A stretch of 64,000 nucleotides of DNA from assembly GCF_964204645.1 (NCBI RefSeq), contig NC_134034.1, forward strand, positions 12,598,962-12,662,961, in the 5' to 3' direction. Every line of letters starts with the position of its first letter. Position 1 is the first letter of the stretch. The stretch comes from Tubulanus polymorphus (taxonomy: Eukaryota; Animalia; Nemertea). Below the pieces are notes generated by a model. That model made no database searches and was not told where the DNA came from. It was given only the letters and a program-made list of their open reading frames with translations. Of the stretch, positions 1 to 12,943 are shown piece by piece. The position numbers were made by a program, and so were the translations under genes.

Positions 1-15
1 CAATCCTTCACTTAC

Positions 16-3000
16 CCCTTTATTAACTTTATACACAGTTTTCTCGCGCGCCATCAACGCTTTAGTCGGACCAGTTCCAACTTTACCGAGACCTTCTTCT
101 TTCTGCCGGCCCCAGATTTCAATCACAAGCGGTGATGTCGATAAATACTCCAACAACTAGAAAACAAACCAGGAGTCAATTAGAATGACTCGGGAGTCAA
201 TTAGAATAACTCGTGTGTTAGCCTTAATGTGAGTTGTATGAATGAACTCAATTTCATAATTTGATGATGTCATAGGGAGATTCATGTAGGCCGCCGTATT
301 TTAGAAAAGTCATAGATGATTCACTAGGCAAGTTTATGACATCACGACGGAGGCGGCCATCTTTTTGTTTGGTTCGGTTCAGTTTAGGTTATTCGATGAT
401 ATCTTCAGGGAGAGGCAGCCATCTCATTGTTGATCTATTTGGGCGATTCGATGACATCATAGGGGGATTCATAGAGGCGGCCATGTTGTCAGTATTTACC
501 TGTTTAGTGACAGCTTTGAACGAGAACAATTTCTCGTATTTGAAGTCCGGATTCGAGGTACCGGTCACCTCTTCGGTTATCGTGTATTTATCATCCAAAT
601 AAAACTTGAACTGACAAAAACTCTGTAAAAACAAGAACAGCGATATTTGAAAACCCGCGTCGAGAACCTGCGATAAAACTGAGAAACTGACACTGACCTT
701 GTTAAATTTAACAGGAAGTCCTCGAGCGTGTATTATACACACTTTGAAATACAGACTTTTGCCAATCTTTAAAAAATACAAAACATGTACATTTCAAAAT
801 TACAAAACATGTACATGCCAAAAATACAAAACATGTACAAGCCAAAACATTTTCAAAACATGATATAAACATGTACATGTCAAAAATACAAAACATGTAA
901 ATGTCAAAAAATTACAAAACATGCACATGTCAAAAATACAAAACATGTACATGTCAAAAATATAAACATGTACATGTCAAAAAAATAAACATGTACAAGT
1001 CAAATAGAAACGGGTTCACGTTGATGAGATTTGGTATCTATGACTAATGCTTACCAGTTCATCCGGGTCTTCAACAAAATCATCTTCGTTGTCTTTACCA
1101 TCTTTGTTGCAAGGGTTGATTGCAATGGATAAATGTCCTGTAACGCAAATGGAATAACTATCGTAACCATCGACAACAAATAACAACCATAACTATTGAT
1201 AGTTGAACCTAAATCTATATTTTTTTTTGCTCTTCTTTTTTGGTAGAATCGAAGCGTACCTTGTTCTTGTCCTTTAAAATCCGTAATCGCCAAATTCTCT
1301 TCGACTTCGATTAAATACGCCAAAGACTGTAGGTATATATGTACGCTACCGATGAGTACCTCGGAGTTAGCCGGCTCCCAGAAAGGATCCTGTTCCTATA
1401 GTAACGACAACAATACAACAATATCATCGATCGGAAACCCGCGGCGGATATTCCGGGTTTTTTTTTTTAACCGACTGCGTACCTTAGCGACGTCCCAGTC
1501 GTTCCCTTCGATGAAATTCTGATACATCTCCTGCATCAGATATTTACGATTGATGAATTTATTTCGATCCCACATCCATTCGTTACCGTTCTCTAAATTA
1601 CGAACTTTCACGCACACCTGAATCAGAAACAAGCGTTGTTTCGCTTACGAGGACTTTGCTGCCGCAATCGGATTAGGATTCCAACAATTACCAGGATTAC
1701 AATGAGAATTACGAGGACTCCGCCCGTCTGCTGCGGCAATCGGATTAGGATTCCAACAATTACGAGGATTACAATGAGAATTACGAGGACTCCGCCCGTC
1801 TGCCGCGGCAATCGGATTAGGATTCCACTTACGAGGATTACAATGAGAATTATGAGGACTCCGCCCGTCTGCCGCGGCAATCGGATTAGGATTCCAACAA
1901 TTACGAGGATTACAATGAGAATTACGAGGACTCCGCCCGTCTGCCGCGGCAATCGGATTAGGATTCCAACAATTACGAGGATTACAATGAGAATTACGAG
2001 GACTCCGCCCGTCTGCCGCGGCAATCGGATTAGGATTCCAATTACGCGGATTACAATGAGAATTACGAGGACTCCGCCGTCTGCCGCGGCAATCGAGGAT
2101 TTCACAAGGATCCACCTGGTGGCAACAGTGTGCATTAGGACAATGCTGCCGAACATCTGGAGCCAATTGCTCAAAGGTCGGTTAGAGTTAACCAGTGGAT
2201 AGTTGGCATAGTTACAATTAAAACTTCATTGTTACTTTGGTATTTATCCGTCAGTTATATTTAAATAACCTTTGACCAACCACAGCCCTGGTGGACTAAC
2301 TGGGAGCACGGGGTCCTTATTGTTAGTTATGGATTCTAAAGGGTTGAATTTGAAAACGAATCAAGTTTTGACTAGTTCGCCATCTTGGATAAATACTATA
2401 GTAACAATGAACTTTTAACTGTCACTACATCAACTATCCACTGGTTAACTCTCATCAACCGCAGCCCCTATACAGCAAGCGTTAATGGTCATTCATAAGA
2501 GGCTGATGTGTTAGTGAGTCGTACCTCTGTGCGGCCGCCTTGTTGACCGCGAGCTTGAGGTGAAATCAACTCGATATCGAATTTCACTTTTTTATCGAGT
2601 TCCTCGGACATCGCGTTAGCTTCGTTCACCATCGGCATCATTTCGATTAGATCTTCTTGCAGTAACAAATCCTCTACAACGAACAACATATATTCATTGA
2701 ACAGATCAAATTCTACCTGGGTCGACTAGGAAAGAATTCTACCTAGTTGATTTAGGAACCTATTGTAGGTTCCCAAGTCAACTAGCTAGCATTAATGGGG
2801 TAACACGGTTAGACTTTGGCAGTTCTGCTCATGAAGATAATGCTCAGTAGTCAGTTGCTGAAAAAGTTGGTTAAAGATAACCAGCGGTAAATACCATAGT
2901 AATAATGAATTTTTAATTGTCAACTATCCACCGATTAACTCTACACCAAATTTTGAGCGACTGGGCCCTGAATTGCATACTATACATGGGATCTTGAAAC

Positions 3001-6000
3001 ACAGCTAGATTTCAAGTAAATACAAGAACTGCCGTAAGGTCGATATTTTCCATACCTGCGCTTTTTCCTTTCGCAAGTTTCATCAGTCCGACGTTTTTAG
3101 CCATCTCCGCCTGAGCGTCCTCGTACGTCGGCGGCTCGACTTTCTTTTTCTTCGCTAGTTTCGCGTATTCTTTCGGATGAGAAAACACATACAGATGATT
3201 CGATCCGAACAATACCCTGAGGAGAAAAAAAATTAACATCTCATCACTGATTGGTTCAATTTCCTCACTAATTTACATCTAATTTGCATCTAAGCTTCCT
3301 AAAACTACTATTTTCTGCCTTTTTCTGAATTCAGGGTTTCAGTGCCTTAGATTTCTAAGTAAAGCCTATTGGCTCGCACTGTATCCCTCGGAAACAACAT
3401 CATGTAGAAATATTTAAATTTAAAAAATTGTATCGATGATCATTTATATTGTATGTACGGTTTACGAAAAATAAATATCTATCTATCTTAAAAAAACTAG
3501 ATGCGTTAAAAAAACCAGCTACTGTCGTTTTTACACCTGAAAGCAGCATCACCCACACCTGATACCATTTACATAAAGTGGTCTTAATCTTAGCTTAAGT
3601 AATTGTCGGATTGGTTTAACTAAATTGGGCTTAAATCGGTCGTACGTTGTTAGAACTAAGTTGGTTTCAGATTGGTCTTAACTCTAAGCCCTGACCGTGT
3701 AAGTCGACCCTGTGTTATTTACAATACCTGTCGTTGTGGTGTAACAGTTTCTCCACCTTCAGATCCTCCCCGTTGAGTACTATCTTAGCTCCGTGACACG
3801 GCGCTATGGTTACCGTATCCTTCTTGTTCGTAACGATCGCGTGTTCTTTCAGTAAACTACAACGAACAAATCGCAAACGTCAGACTTCGTAATAATCGAC
3901 ACCGGTGTTACTACGGTTACGTACGTACTTGAGACCGTTTAATTGAATATCGGCGGGAGGTTCGGCGGTTTTATTTCCGACGCGAGATTTTCCCTTATCG
4001 GCGAAATGGACGACCATCCCGTTCAGCGCCGGATCCGGATTCAAATTCCAGAAATGCGGAATCGTTTTCATTTTCTCCGTCTGCTGTTTTTGTTGTTCGT
4101 TGCTTTGCTGAAAAATTTCAAATTTCGAATCGTTCGTAAACCGTTTCTAAGAATTCAAACAGTTTTACATTCCTGTAAAATCTATCTTTAATTTAGTATC
4201 TAATTCGAATCTATCTCTAATTTTGCGGGATAAAGGTGAAGGTCAACTTGCAGTACGTCTGCTCGGTGGTCTCTGTACCTGATTAGTAGCGTTAGCCTCG
4301 TTCATACGTTGTTCCCACGTCTGTTTCATCATTTCCAGTTCTTCTTGATTCTTTTTCATCTGTTCTTCCATCGTGCGTTTCATTTCTTCGATTTCTGAAA
4401 ATTCGAAAGTTCATTCTATGAACACCGATGTCGTCTATAAACGTCGTAATAACAGTTCGTTTTCTACGTAATCTACAACAAAGACTTTTACTAAATCAGG
4501 ACCCAGTTGTCCATGGAAAAAAATTCTGAGATTTTTCCGACAAGTAATTTGTCTGAAAACTATGAGAATCTATGATTAATAAATGACTGGTTTTCTATGA
4601 TATATTTCAGAAGAAAAGATCTATAAAGTTGAGGAGAGACCTATCGCTAGTTGGATCTCACCTAACCCGTCCTCATCATAGTCTGTAACAAACCACACAA
4701 ATTACGATCAACGCATTTTATCATTAGGAGTAAAATACTGAGTTTATCTTATAGCAGACGTTACCTTCGGATGATTGCGACGCCACCTGTCCGGCGGCTA
4801 CCGCACCAGCAGCAGCAGCAGCAGCTCCGCCACCGCCGCCACCTTTTAGCATTTCTTGTAAACGTAAATTCTCTTCGCGTAATTCTCGAATCAGTTTATC
4901 CGTCGGGCTTTCGTTTATCATCGCTTGAGTTTTAATAGATTTCGCTCGATCGGCTGCAGATAAATCAATATACACTGTACAGGTGCATGTTACAGGTACA
5001 TGTTACAGGTGCATGTTACCAATGAATGTTTAACTTACCAAAACGTAACGTAGAAAGCGTTTCATCATAGTTAATGTCTGCAGGAGACAAAGCAGCGATC
5101 TGAAAACGTTTAAACTGCGGTTTTAGATAATTGTTTCATGCTATAAAAAGATCTGGACTCAGTCCCGCAGTTGTTGGTTTAGATTTTGGTGCCAGTTGCA
5201 CAATCGTGACTTTTAGGCCAGTGTGAGACCATTTTAGTTCTATAGCTTATACAACGAGTCGGAACCAGTCTTCAGAGTTAAGACCACTTAGGGACTTAAG
5301 TCCAGACTGTGCCCAGGGGCCGGTTGCATAGTCATGGCTTAGACTAAAGACTGGTTTAAGACCATCTTAGTTCTACAGCTAATCTAACAGTTTAAGACCA
5401 GTCTTAAGATTTAAGACTACTTTTTGACTTAAGTCTTAACTATGGAACTGGCCCCAGGGTCCAGTTCCACAGTTCTGAGTTAAGAATTGACCCTGGGTTA
5501 AAACATTGAAAATGAACTAACTTTAACTCAGAGTTAACTCTAACTCACAACTGTGGAACTGGGTCCAGGAGCTTACTTTAGATCTAGAGTCTCAAATTTA
5601 ACCGGCAATTATGAAACCGAACCTGTTGATCTGAGGATGAATCAGGTTGTATATAGTTACCATGATAGTTTTACTGTTTCCACCGAGAGCATTCTTCAAT
5701 AGTTTTGTCAATACTGAATCTCTGTACGGAACTGAAATTTACACAATTTCATCCTAAATTCCATCGAAACGGTTAGAATTATTTTCTGTATTTTAAAAAT
5801 CGAGCTACGACGAACCTTGCGCGCCTTTTTTCCCCGAACCCAAATCGGCTAAAGCTTTGATAACGTTGCCGAGCGTACTCAACGACTGGTTGATGGCAGA
5901 GCCCTCTTTTAACCGGTCACCGGTCGCACCGGTCGAATCAGCGCGTTCACTAAACGATCGAACAGACGTTAAAACTACGAGTTCGAAAACGAAATAATCG

Positions 6001-9000
6001 CGAGAAGAAATAGAAAGGTTTTTACGACGACGACTTACCTTCCGGCTAAATCGACCAGGTTTATACTGGATGTTTTAGTCATGCTCTGTCCGTCTGCTAC
6101 GGTCTTCTGAGTGAAGTTTATCGTGACGATCGTGTGAGCGCGACTACAAAAAACAAATCCCTAACAAATTACGAACAAACCCGTGTTCTCCGTATACCCG
6201 GTTTTTAGACGGGGCTGTATTCATAGTTTAGTCTGAACATCGACATAAACTCATGTAGCTGATACCGATATCTGATAGCTGGATCAGGGGTGGATGTAAA
6301 AAGTTACAGGGATGGCCGGCGTTTTAAGGCCTAAATCGATTTAAGATAAACTGAATTAATGAATTAAGTCGATTTAAGCGTCAAACCTTTTTTTGCGAAA
6401 CTGGGCCCTGGTGGAGAACATCGCATGTTATAAATGTTAATAGCGAAAAATTTTTGAAAAGACAGTTTTCATTGCACCAGAGATTGGCTTCTAAATATCA
6501 CCTGCTTGTCGCGTTCATATTAGTAGCGGCGACCGTCCTGTTGCGGGTTCCTTCCTGAATTTTACCATCGATATCCGCGTAACTATCGACGGGAGCAACA
6601 ATCACACCGTCGACTACAAACAAACGCTACTGGTAATTAACTGACATCATTGTTGATTTTATACATTGAAGTAAAAACGCTTTCAGATTTCAGAAATGTC
6701 GCGGTGCTATTTACCGTAGAAGCCTTTAGAAGGATGCTGCCGCACTTTAAGACCACCTTTCGGCGCACTTTTTGAACTCAACAGATCGCGCACTTGTTCG
6801 TTGTATATTTCCAGCATAGTCAACGTCACCTGCAAGGATCGCAATCGAAAATCATCGACAAATAATTAAGTATTCTCAAAAAAGTGTCACTCTCCGTATA
6901 AGTACGGTTGTTTCTTGACTTATTTACCCGATGAAGCTAATTCTGTCCAATAAATAAAATCAGTTGATGCACACATAAGGCTAAACAAAAATGATACCTT
7001 GTTTCTCCGCAGCGGCCGGGTCATTTTTTGTAAAATATGATAAAATTTATAAACAGTTCATTTCTATAGCGGCCGGGTCTGTTATGGTAAAATTGATCAC
7101 GATTTTAAAAAAAGTAATGTATAGGGTAGATAGGCGGCCGGCCGGGTCAACATTTAAGCTCAGCAGAGCGGAGAAACAAGGTATCAATTTTTTTTAGCCT
7201 AACTACTTGGCTTTGTGATTGATTTGACAACTATAACTTAAATGAGTTTTACATCTTAAACAATGAAGCCCGGAATGATTTAGGTCTAGCGGGTTTTTTT
7301 TTTACCTGATACTCGTTTCCTTTTTCTGCGTTTTTGCGTTTTTCTTCAATTCCTTTAAACAACTCTTCGCAAGATATCGGCACGATACCTGAAAATATCA
7401 ACAAAAAAACAAATAGCTTCTTGTTTTCATCAGAAATAAAAACGACGAAATTCCGACAGAACAGGTGAAAAATCTCGAGTTGACTGATTGCGTCCATTAG
7501 AGATACAGTACCTTTATTAGTGCCGTAGCCGACCATAGAGTAGGATTTACCACTTCCTGTTTGACCATACGCGAATAAACTGCAGTTATATCCCTTCCAA
7601 GCATTCGCCAAAACTCCTTTACCGAGATCGTTAAACACTACCATCTATCAATTCAAAATATCGATATCGTCTAGATTTTTCAATTTTAGTTTTTCGGTAT
7701 TATTTTCGCTCGTTAAGTTAGAAATCTTCCTTATTCTAAACGAGATATTGTAACCGGCTGATGATATTGCAAACATTTTAATATGAAATTGTAGATGTGA
7801 CGATATCATAAAGGGGATGTTACGAAGCAACTTTTGACAACCTGTGGAACAATTAGGCCAACAACCGTGGAATAATGAGGCCAACAACTATGGACCAATT
7901 AGACCACAATTAGAAGTTTGGAATGAAGTCTATTAAAACCTATAGTCTGAGGAGGTAAATTCAGTCATTAACACTACCACTGAATGTTTTAGTACAATCA
8001 ACTATGGCTAATTGAAATGTTGTTTGTGTTCATTGTGAATTCAACGCAATAAAATATTGACACAATAATAGTGAAGTTCAGCAGTGAAAGTGTTTGTTCA
8101 GAGTTCTCACACACACAAACAGTAGTGCATTACAACTGAGGAGTAAATATATAGGCCTACCGACCGGCCGCTCTAAACCACTCGGTCTAATCAACTAGCA
8201 AAACATCCAGTTCCACAGTAATGTGAGTTAGGGTTAACTCTGAGCTAAAATGAGTTTCAATGAGTTAACTCTGAGTCAAATCTTAACACAGAACTGTGGA
8301 ACTGGGTCCTGTGTCCTACCTAGCAGCTAGCCTGAATACAAGACATTCTTTGGGAAACAATGGGGTAGCTACTGGTACTCACAATATCAACTTAGGGCAT
8401 TATTCCCTAGACCACTGAAGTCAATAGGTCATTGAAATTAATTTTGCCCAGATGCATGCCGCCCGCCCGCCTGATTTTTTATTCACCTGATCGGCATATT
8501 TCGACGCTGTTGGTTTCAAGTAACCGTTCGCTTCCTCCGTAAAACCGTCATGTGACCAGTACGAATAATCGAATGCAAATTTTTTCTTGTTGCCCTTGTT
8601 TGCCGGGTCGGAAATTTCGGTCGTGCTTCCAGACATCGAAATGATGAGTTTCGCGTTGCGAGCATTTTCACGTTGGTTGTGAGGAGAAGGGAGTTAAGGG
8701 TATTTCGAAAAATCATCGACACAGACAGGGGTTCACCCACTCCCGCAGTGGTTCTCTGTCACCAACCACCCAGACACAGGATCATTCAAATATTTTCAGC
8801 ATCCGTGGTACATCTGACAAAGGTTCTTGGTGAACACAGGGGATCGAGTCAGTAGGCCAGGGCTCGGGTCACTTTCCAGGACACCCAACCTGCTGACTTA
8901 ACAACCCACAGGGACTCGACACAAAAGAATTTTGACCCTAGAGTATCCTAGGTACGATATATAAAAAGCCTTTTTATATATCGTACCTAGGATACTGGGG

Positions 9001-9368
9001 TCAAAATCCTTATGGTTAGGTGTCAAGTCCCTGTAATACCAACCTGCAACTGAGACGCAGTTATAGTTGCAGGATCACTTTCCTGACTGTCTAAAAGTTA
9101 GTTTATCATCAAAAATTTATATTTATCATCATTTACACGCGGAATCCCTTATTAATTAGCATTCAATCATATCAACAAGTGATTAACATCTACACAACTG
9201 AATGGAAAACGATCAGACTACATTTTTGCGTTTATTTTCACGCTCGACTTCGTCGCGGTTCCAATTTGTCGCTGTAAAATCAAAAGATATTTAATCCCTA
9301 TAAATGATTAATGGATAAAAGGATATGAATGGTCTGACCCTGACGGCTACTTTCACGTTTTCACCCAT
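16..9368 (-). CDS. KIF28: Kinesin-3 family motor, KIF28/KLP-6-like (motor, FHA-containing region, stalk); 3' part lies beyond the left edge
   Basis: Spliced exons: 9368-9327, 8678-8487, 7644-7512, 7388-7306, 6829-6715, 6613-6502, 6143-6039, 5949-5816, 5731-5661, 5099-5039, 4953-4765, 4394-4279, 4107-3929, 3856-3728, 3216-3056, 2673-2525, 1617-1483, 1395-1260, 1137-1055, 766-698, 622-500, 156-16. Motifs: [25 protein letters not shown]-loop [63 protein letters not shown] and [11 protein letters not shown] (FHA region), EQDPFWEP. Kinesin-3 is firm; the KIF28 subfamily call is from remembered similarity. Confidence 0.88.
774..1003. repeat. ~23-bp minisatellite (AAAATACAAAACATGTACATGTC) abutting a kinesin 3' splice site
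   Basis: About 10 degenerate tandem units. Confidence 0.85.
1645..2098. repeat. 72/69-bp tandem repeat in a kinesin intron
   Basis: Unit CTGCCGCGGCAATCGGATTAGGATTCCAACAATTACGAGGATTACAATGAGAATTACGAGGACTCCGCCCGT, about 6 copies. It produces the repetitive ORFs at 1623-2202. Confidence 0.93.
5317..5454. mobile_element. MITE family A (GGGCCGGTTGCATAGT...AACTGGCCC), Harbinger-like
   Basis: TIRs present and flanked by CAG/CAG. Related copies at ~15424-15561, ~18328-18460, ~37250-37355, ~46665-46802, ~50848-50987 and ~60215-60588. Confidence 0.8.
5458..5565. mobile_element. MITE family I (GGTCCAGTTCCACAGTT...AACTGTGGAACTGGGTC)
   Basis: TIRs present; directly adjacent to the family A copy. Related copies at ~8206-8310 and ~53228-53320. 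Confidence 0.7.
6979..7199. mobile_element. Tourist/PIF-Harbinger-like MITE family C, 221 bp
   Basis: ~32-bp TIR GGCTAAACAAAAATGATACCTTGTTTCTCCGC / GCGGAGAAACAAGGTATCAATTTTTTTTAGCC; TAA TSD at 6976-6978 and 7200-7202; near-identical copy at 17659-17879. Confidence 0.9.
8679..9326 (-). other. U12-type (minor spliceosome) AT-AC intron, intron 1 of the kinesin
   Basis: On the minus strand the 5' site is TTC|ATATCCTTTT, the branch point is CCCTTAAC (8700-8693) and the 3' site is CTCAC|AAC. Removal joins VRPF to NQRE in frame. Confidence 0.93.
8908..9034. mobile_element. Foldback/palindromic MITE-like element with a 27-bp perfect inverted repeat core
   Basis: Outer ACAGGGACTCGACAC/GTGTCAAGTCCCTGT; inner AGTATCCTAGGTACGATATATAAAAAG-C-CTTTTTATATATCGTACCTAGGATACT (8942-8996). 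Confidence 0.7.
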
Positions 9369-9537
9369 GTTTCAACTGCTACCGTTCATTCAAGTGCTTT
9401 GGGATGTAAACAGCAGTATTGCTATGCCGACGTCCAGTATTGGTTTAACGGAACCACGCGCGCTGACGCGGGTGGAGGATTCCGAATCTGACAACAGCCG
9501 CAACTGGCGTCTCAATGCACCGTCAGGTGCTGCCGCT
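9369..9537. promoter_or_regulatory. Compact bidirectional promoter/5'UTR region between kinesin and MSL1
   Basis: Divergent start codons at 9368 (-) and 9538 (+), about 170 bp apart, in a CpG-rich stretch. Depends on the MSL1 exon 1 assignment. Confidence 0.55.
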
Positions 9538-12500
9538 ATGCTAGAGCAAGCCCTCGCATGCCAGGGTAAAATCTTTAAGTTAGAAACCCTCGCATGCTTG
9601 TTTAAAAGCTGTACACACTTTCCTGATGGTCAGTTTTACACAGGGATAAACTGATAAATCAAATCGACTTTACATTCGACTTTGAGAGTTAATCATGTGT
9701 TTGCTGAACTCTGCTGGGTGGGATTCGGCTATCCATGCTTATGATGCGAGGTTCAGTCATGAGTCAACCGAATTAGTCTTTAGAAAATCCAAACCAGTCA
9801 CCAGTCATTTGCAAAAAATGAAGCTTGATAAGTCCCTTAGCGACTGATTGCTGAACACAAAAATGATTTCCATTGAGAAAGAAAAAATGGGAGAAAAAAA
9901 CAGATCGCCCCTGGGTGGGCTTGAACCACCAGCCTTTCGGTTAACAGCCGAACGCGCTAACCAATTACGCCACAGAGGCACTTGATACACGAGGCCGATT
10001 CGAGATGAAATAAAGGTTGAAGTCAAGTGAATCCTTCCCGAGAACAGTAGCGCCTGACATCACTTCCGTCAAATGAATGATGATATTCTTTGCGTTGTTT
10101 CGATGATTATTTCATGTCGACTTTTAAACGATTTCATTCGTTTATCGGTCATATATTCACGACAGGTACATCAGCAGTAACCGCACCAGCAGCAGCAGCT
10201 ACGGCACCAGCAGCGCGGGACACTACTACCGCTTCAGCAGCAGACGGCGCCATGAAATCTGAATTATTATCAAATTCAAACCAACAACAACAACAAAAAC
10301 AACAACATTTACCACCACCACCAACAACTCCCGATCAGTGTCAGAAAATACGATCCTCTATTTCCACGAGTTCTCTTCTTCCTCCTTCTCCCGTGTTATC
10401 ATTATCGCTCTTATCATCGCCATCATCGCTTTGTTTAGAATATGATTCGCCACTGACGACGACTGCTTCCACCAACAATAATCTAGTCGAATCTCCTAGC
10501 AACCATCATCGTAAAAATTACAACAACAATAAAAGCGGTGTCTCGACGACGACGGATATGTTGACGGTCGTTAACGGACACGCTGCGGCAAGCGAGGATC
10601 AGCGGAATACGTCGGCCGGAGGAGGAGCGGCCGTCGCTACGAAGGAGAGCGCGCCGGTCGTCGTGGACGAGATCAACGACGTCAAACAACTGAAAGAGTT
10701 GCTGTTACTGCACCTCGATATGATACAACATCAACAACAGCTTCTGATCGCGAGAGATCAACAGATTAAATCATTATCAACCGAGAAAGAGAATGTGAGT
10801 ATTCGACCTGCACGAGGGGGGGGTGGCGAGGAACTGGGGATGACCCCCCTAGTTCCCGGGGGGAGGGTGAAAGCTTGTCTTGTAACCAGGTTGGATACAG
10901 AGGCCAATTTTGAAGAATTTGTCACATAAAATTGGCACTTTGAAGTCGAAAAAAAAAACTAGTTTATAAAAATGGCGTCTCCACACCTACTCCTGAACTG
11001 AAATGCGCCTATTATCTTTGTTGAGACAAAATAAATGAGAACACTGAATAAAAGTCCCCCGGATCGGTCAACGGTTCACTGCGACCGGACTCGTGATCTC
11101 TCGTCAATGGGTCGTCGGTTTTAAAATCGTTGATTCATTTTCAGTTGATGTGTCGTCTGGAGCGCATGGAGAGACGTTTGGCTCTGATGAAAAAAGAACA
11201 AGGAATTCTCGACACTCCGGAGAAATTACAGCAGACGCCGCGAACTCCGACGAACGCTGCTCCGGAGAAAAACACTTCTAAAAGGTAGGCCTACATTTGA
11301 ATTATTATTAGTACTGATACTTTCTGATAGGTGGCGAACTAGTCTTCAAATTTGAAAGTAGAATCAAGTACAAAGAGGATTAGTACTTGATTTATCGGAT
11401 TGATTTCGAGCTGATATTCGTCACTTGTTTCGTATTTTTTTCAGGAAAGCCGAGCACGGCCCGTGGTCGAGTAAACGCACCGTATCGGCTCGATTGTTAG
11501 AACGGGCGCGTAGCAACCAAACACCGTCGAGTAGCATAAAAAAACGCGAACGCTTCCTCAATCGACGACGAATTTTAGACGAACGCAATCCGTTGTCATC
11601 GGCGACCGCGACGACGGCGGACGACGTCGTTAAAACTGAAACGAACGACGACGCGAAGGAGGAACGATGCGTCCCCATGCAAACGGCGTCGACAATGTTG
11701 AAGCCGGTCGCCGAGGACGCGAACGACTCGAATATTCTACGCACTCGAACGGAATACTACGTGCCGTGTGAAGAGTTTACCGAGGAAGAGACTCCGGATA
11801 GTCCTAAACCTACAGCTAAAGTAGAAGGTAAGAGACTCCAAATAGTCATCAAAACGAACAGCTTAAGTAGGTCAGAGACTCTTAACTCTTTGCCTGCCAG
11901 GCCTTTTTTTCAGGAAATGCCGCGCTTTGCCAGGATTTCCATGTTTTTCAGAGATTCATAAAACAAAAACTAAAAGAGATATCATCATCAAATTTGTTTT
12001 ATTTTGTTCTTCTGGTTTTGCTTTTTCATGTAAAATAAGCAGCATTTCTTCTAAAAGTGTTGTTCTTGCCTTCGGATAAATTTAAACTGATAATCCTGGA
12101 TTTTGCTGAAATAGTGGATGAATAATTTGTGTAATTATGTTTCCAGTTCCGTCTTGGAGATATCATCCAATCAGTAACAGTTGGACGTTGGAGGGTACGG
12201 AGAACTTGGAGGATGAAGTTTATATTAAACGCCATCAAAAACCGGAGATCGACGAAAAACGTCGAAAAAGGTAAAAACAAAAAAAACGACATCGGACCGC
12301 TGTTAAATACGTTTCACTTCACCGTCGTTTCGGCTATTAGTTTTAATTTTGCGATATTTTCGTAGATGGGACATACAGCGATTGCGAGAACAAAAAATTC
12401 GCGAGAAATTAAAATCGGGTCGAAGCCGAGATGAGTCGGCGACCAGTTCGCGACAGTCGACCAGTTCGCGCCAATCTCATAACAATAATAAACATACGTT

Positions 12501-12943
12501 TAACTCATTTCTACCGGACGTCGACGATCGTAAGTTTTATTAGGAGTTTGATTGACAGGTGGTGGGCGTGGCCCCGTATAAGGAATTCTAATGAAATGTT
12601 GATTTCATGTTGTTTCAGTATTGTATATAGAAATGAATGATAATTTACCAGTTTGTGCATTTGGATATCCAGTTCCTAAAACATCATCACAGTAAGTATA
12701 ACACAGTTCCACCCCTGCTTCGAGTTCCACACATCCACGCATAGTTCAAACCTTGCTTCCAGTTCCTCAGTTCCACCCCTGCTTCTAAGCACCGGTTTAA
12801 AATCAATAATTTGAATTTCAAATTTCAGGCAGTTTCATTTACCGTGGCGTAAAGACAGTAAACCGGAGACGGTCGCTACGACAACGGCAACAACAACGAC
12901 GAATACTCCGCACAAACAAAGAGGGCGCCCTCGTAGAACGTAA
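9538..12943 (+). CDS. MSL1: Male-specific lethal 1 homolog (MSL2-binding coiled coil + PEHE domain)
   Basis: Exons: 9538-9565 (MLEQALACQG, phase 1, tentative), 10166-10794, 11145-11284, 11445-11827, 12147-12270, 12366-12529, 12619-12691, 12829-12943. Motifs: LKELLLLHLDMIQHQQQLL...EKENLMCRLERMERR (coiled coil), EVPSWR...ENLEDEVYIKRHQKPEIDEKRRKRWDIQRLREQ (PEHE), LPVCAFGYPVP, FHLPW. Confidence 0.9.
9906..9979 (-). tRNA. tRNA-Asn (anticodon GTT)
   Basis: Minus strand reads GCCTCTGTGGCGTAATTGGTTAGCGCGTTCGGCTGTTAACCGAAAGGCTGGTGGTTCAAGCCCACCCAGGGGCG. Cloverleaf and A/B boxes are intact, with a T7 Pol III terminator just downstream (9900-9894). Confidence 0.96.

Noticed and set aside
1623-2202. Three long repetitive ORFs (173-188 aa) on both strands
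   Set aside because: They arise from a 72/69-bp tandem repeat whose unit length is a multiple of 3. The kinesin splices cleanly across it (2525->1617).
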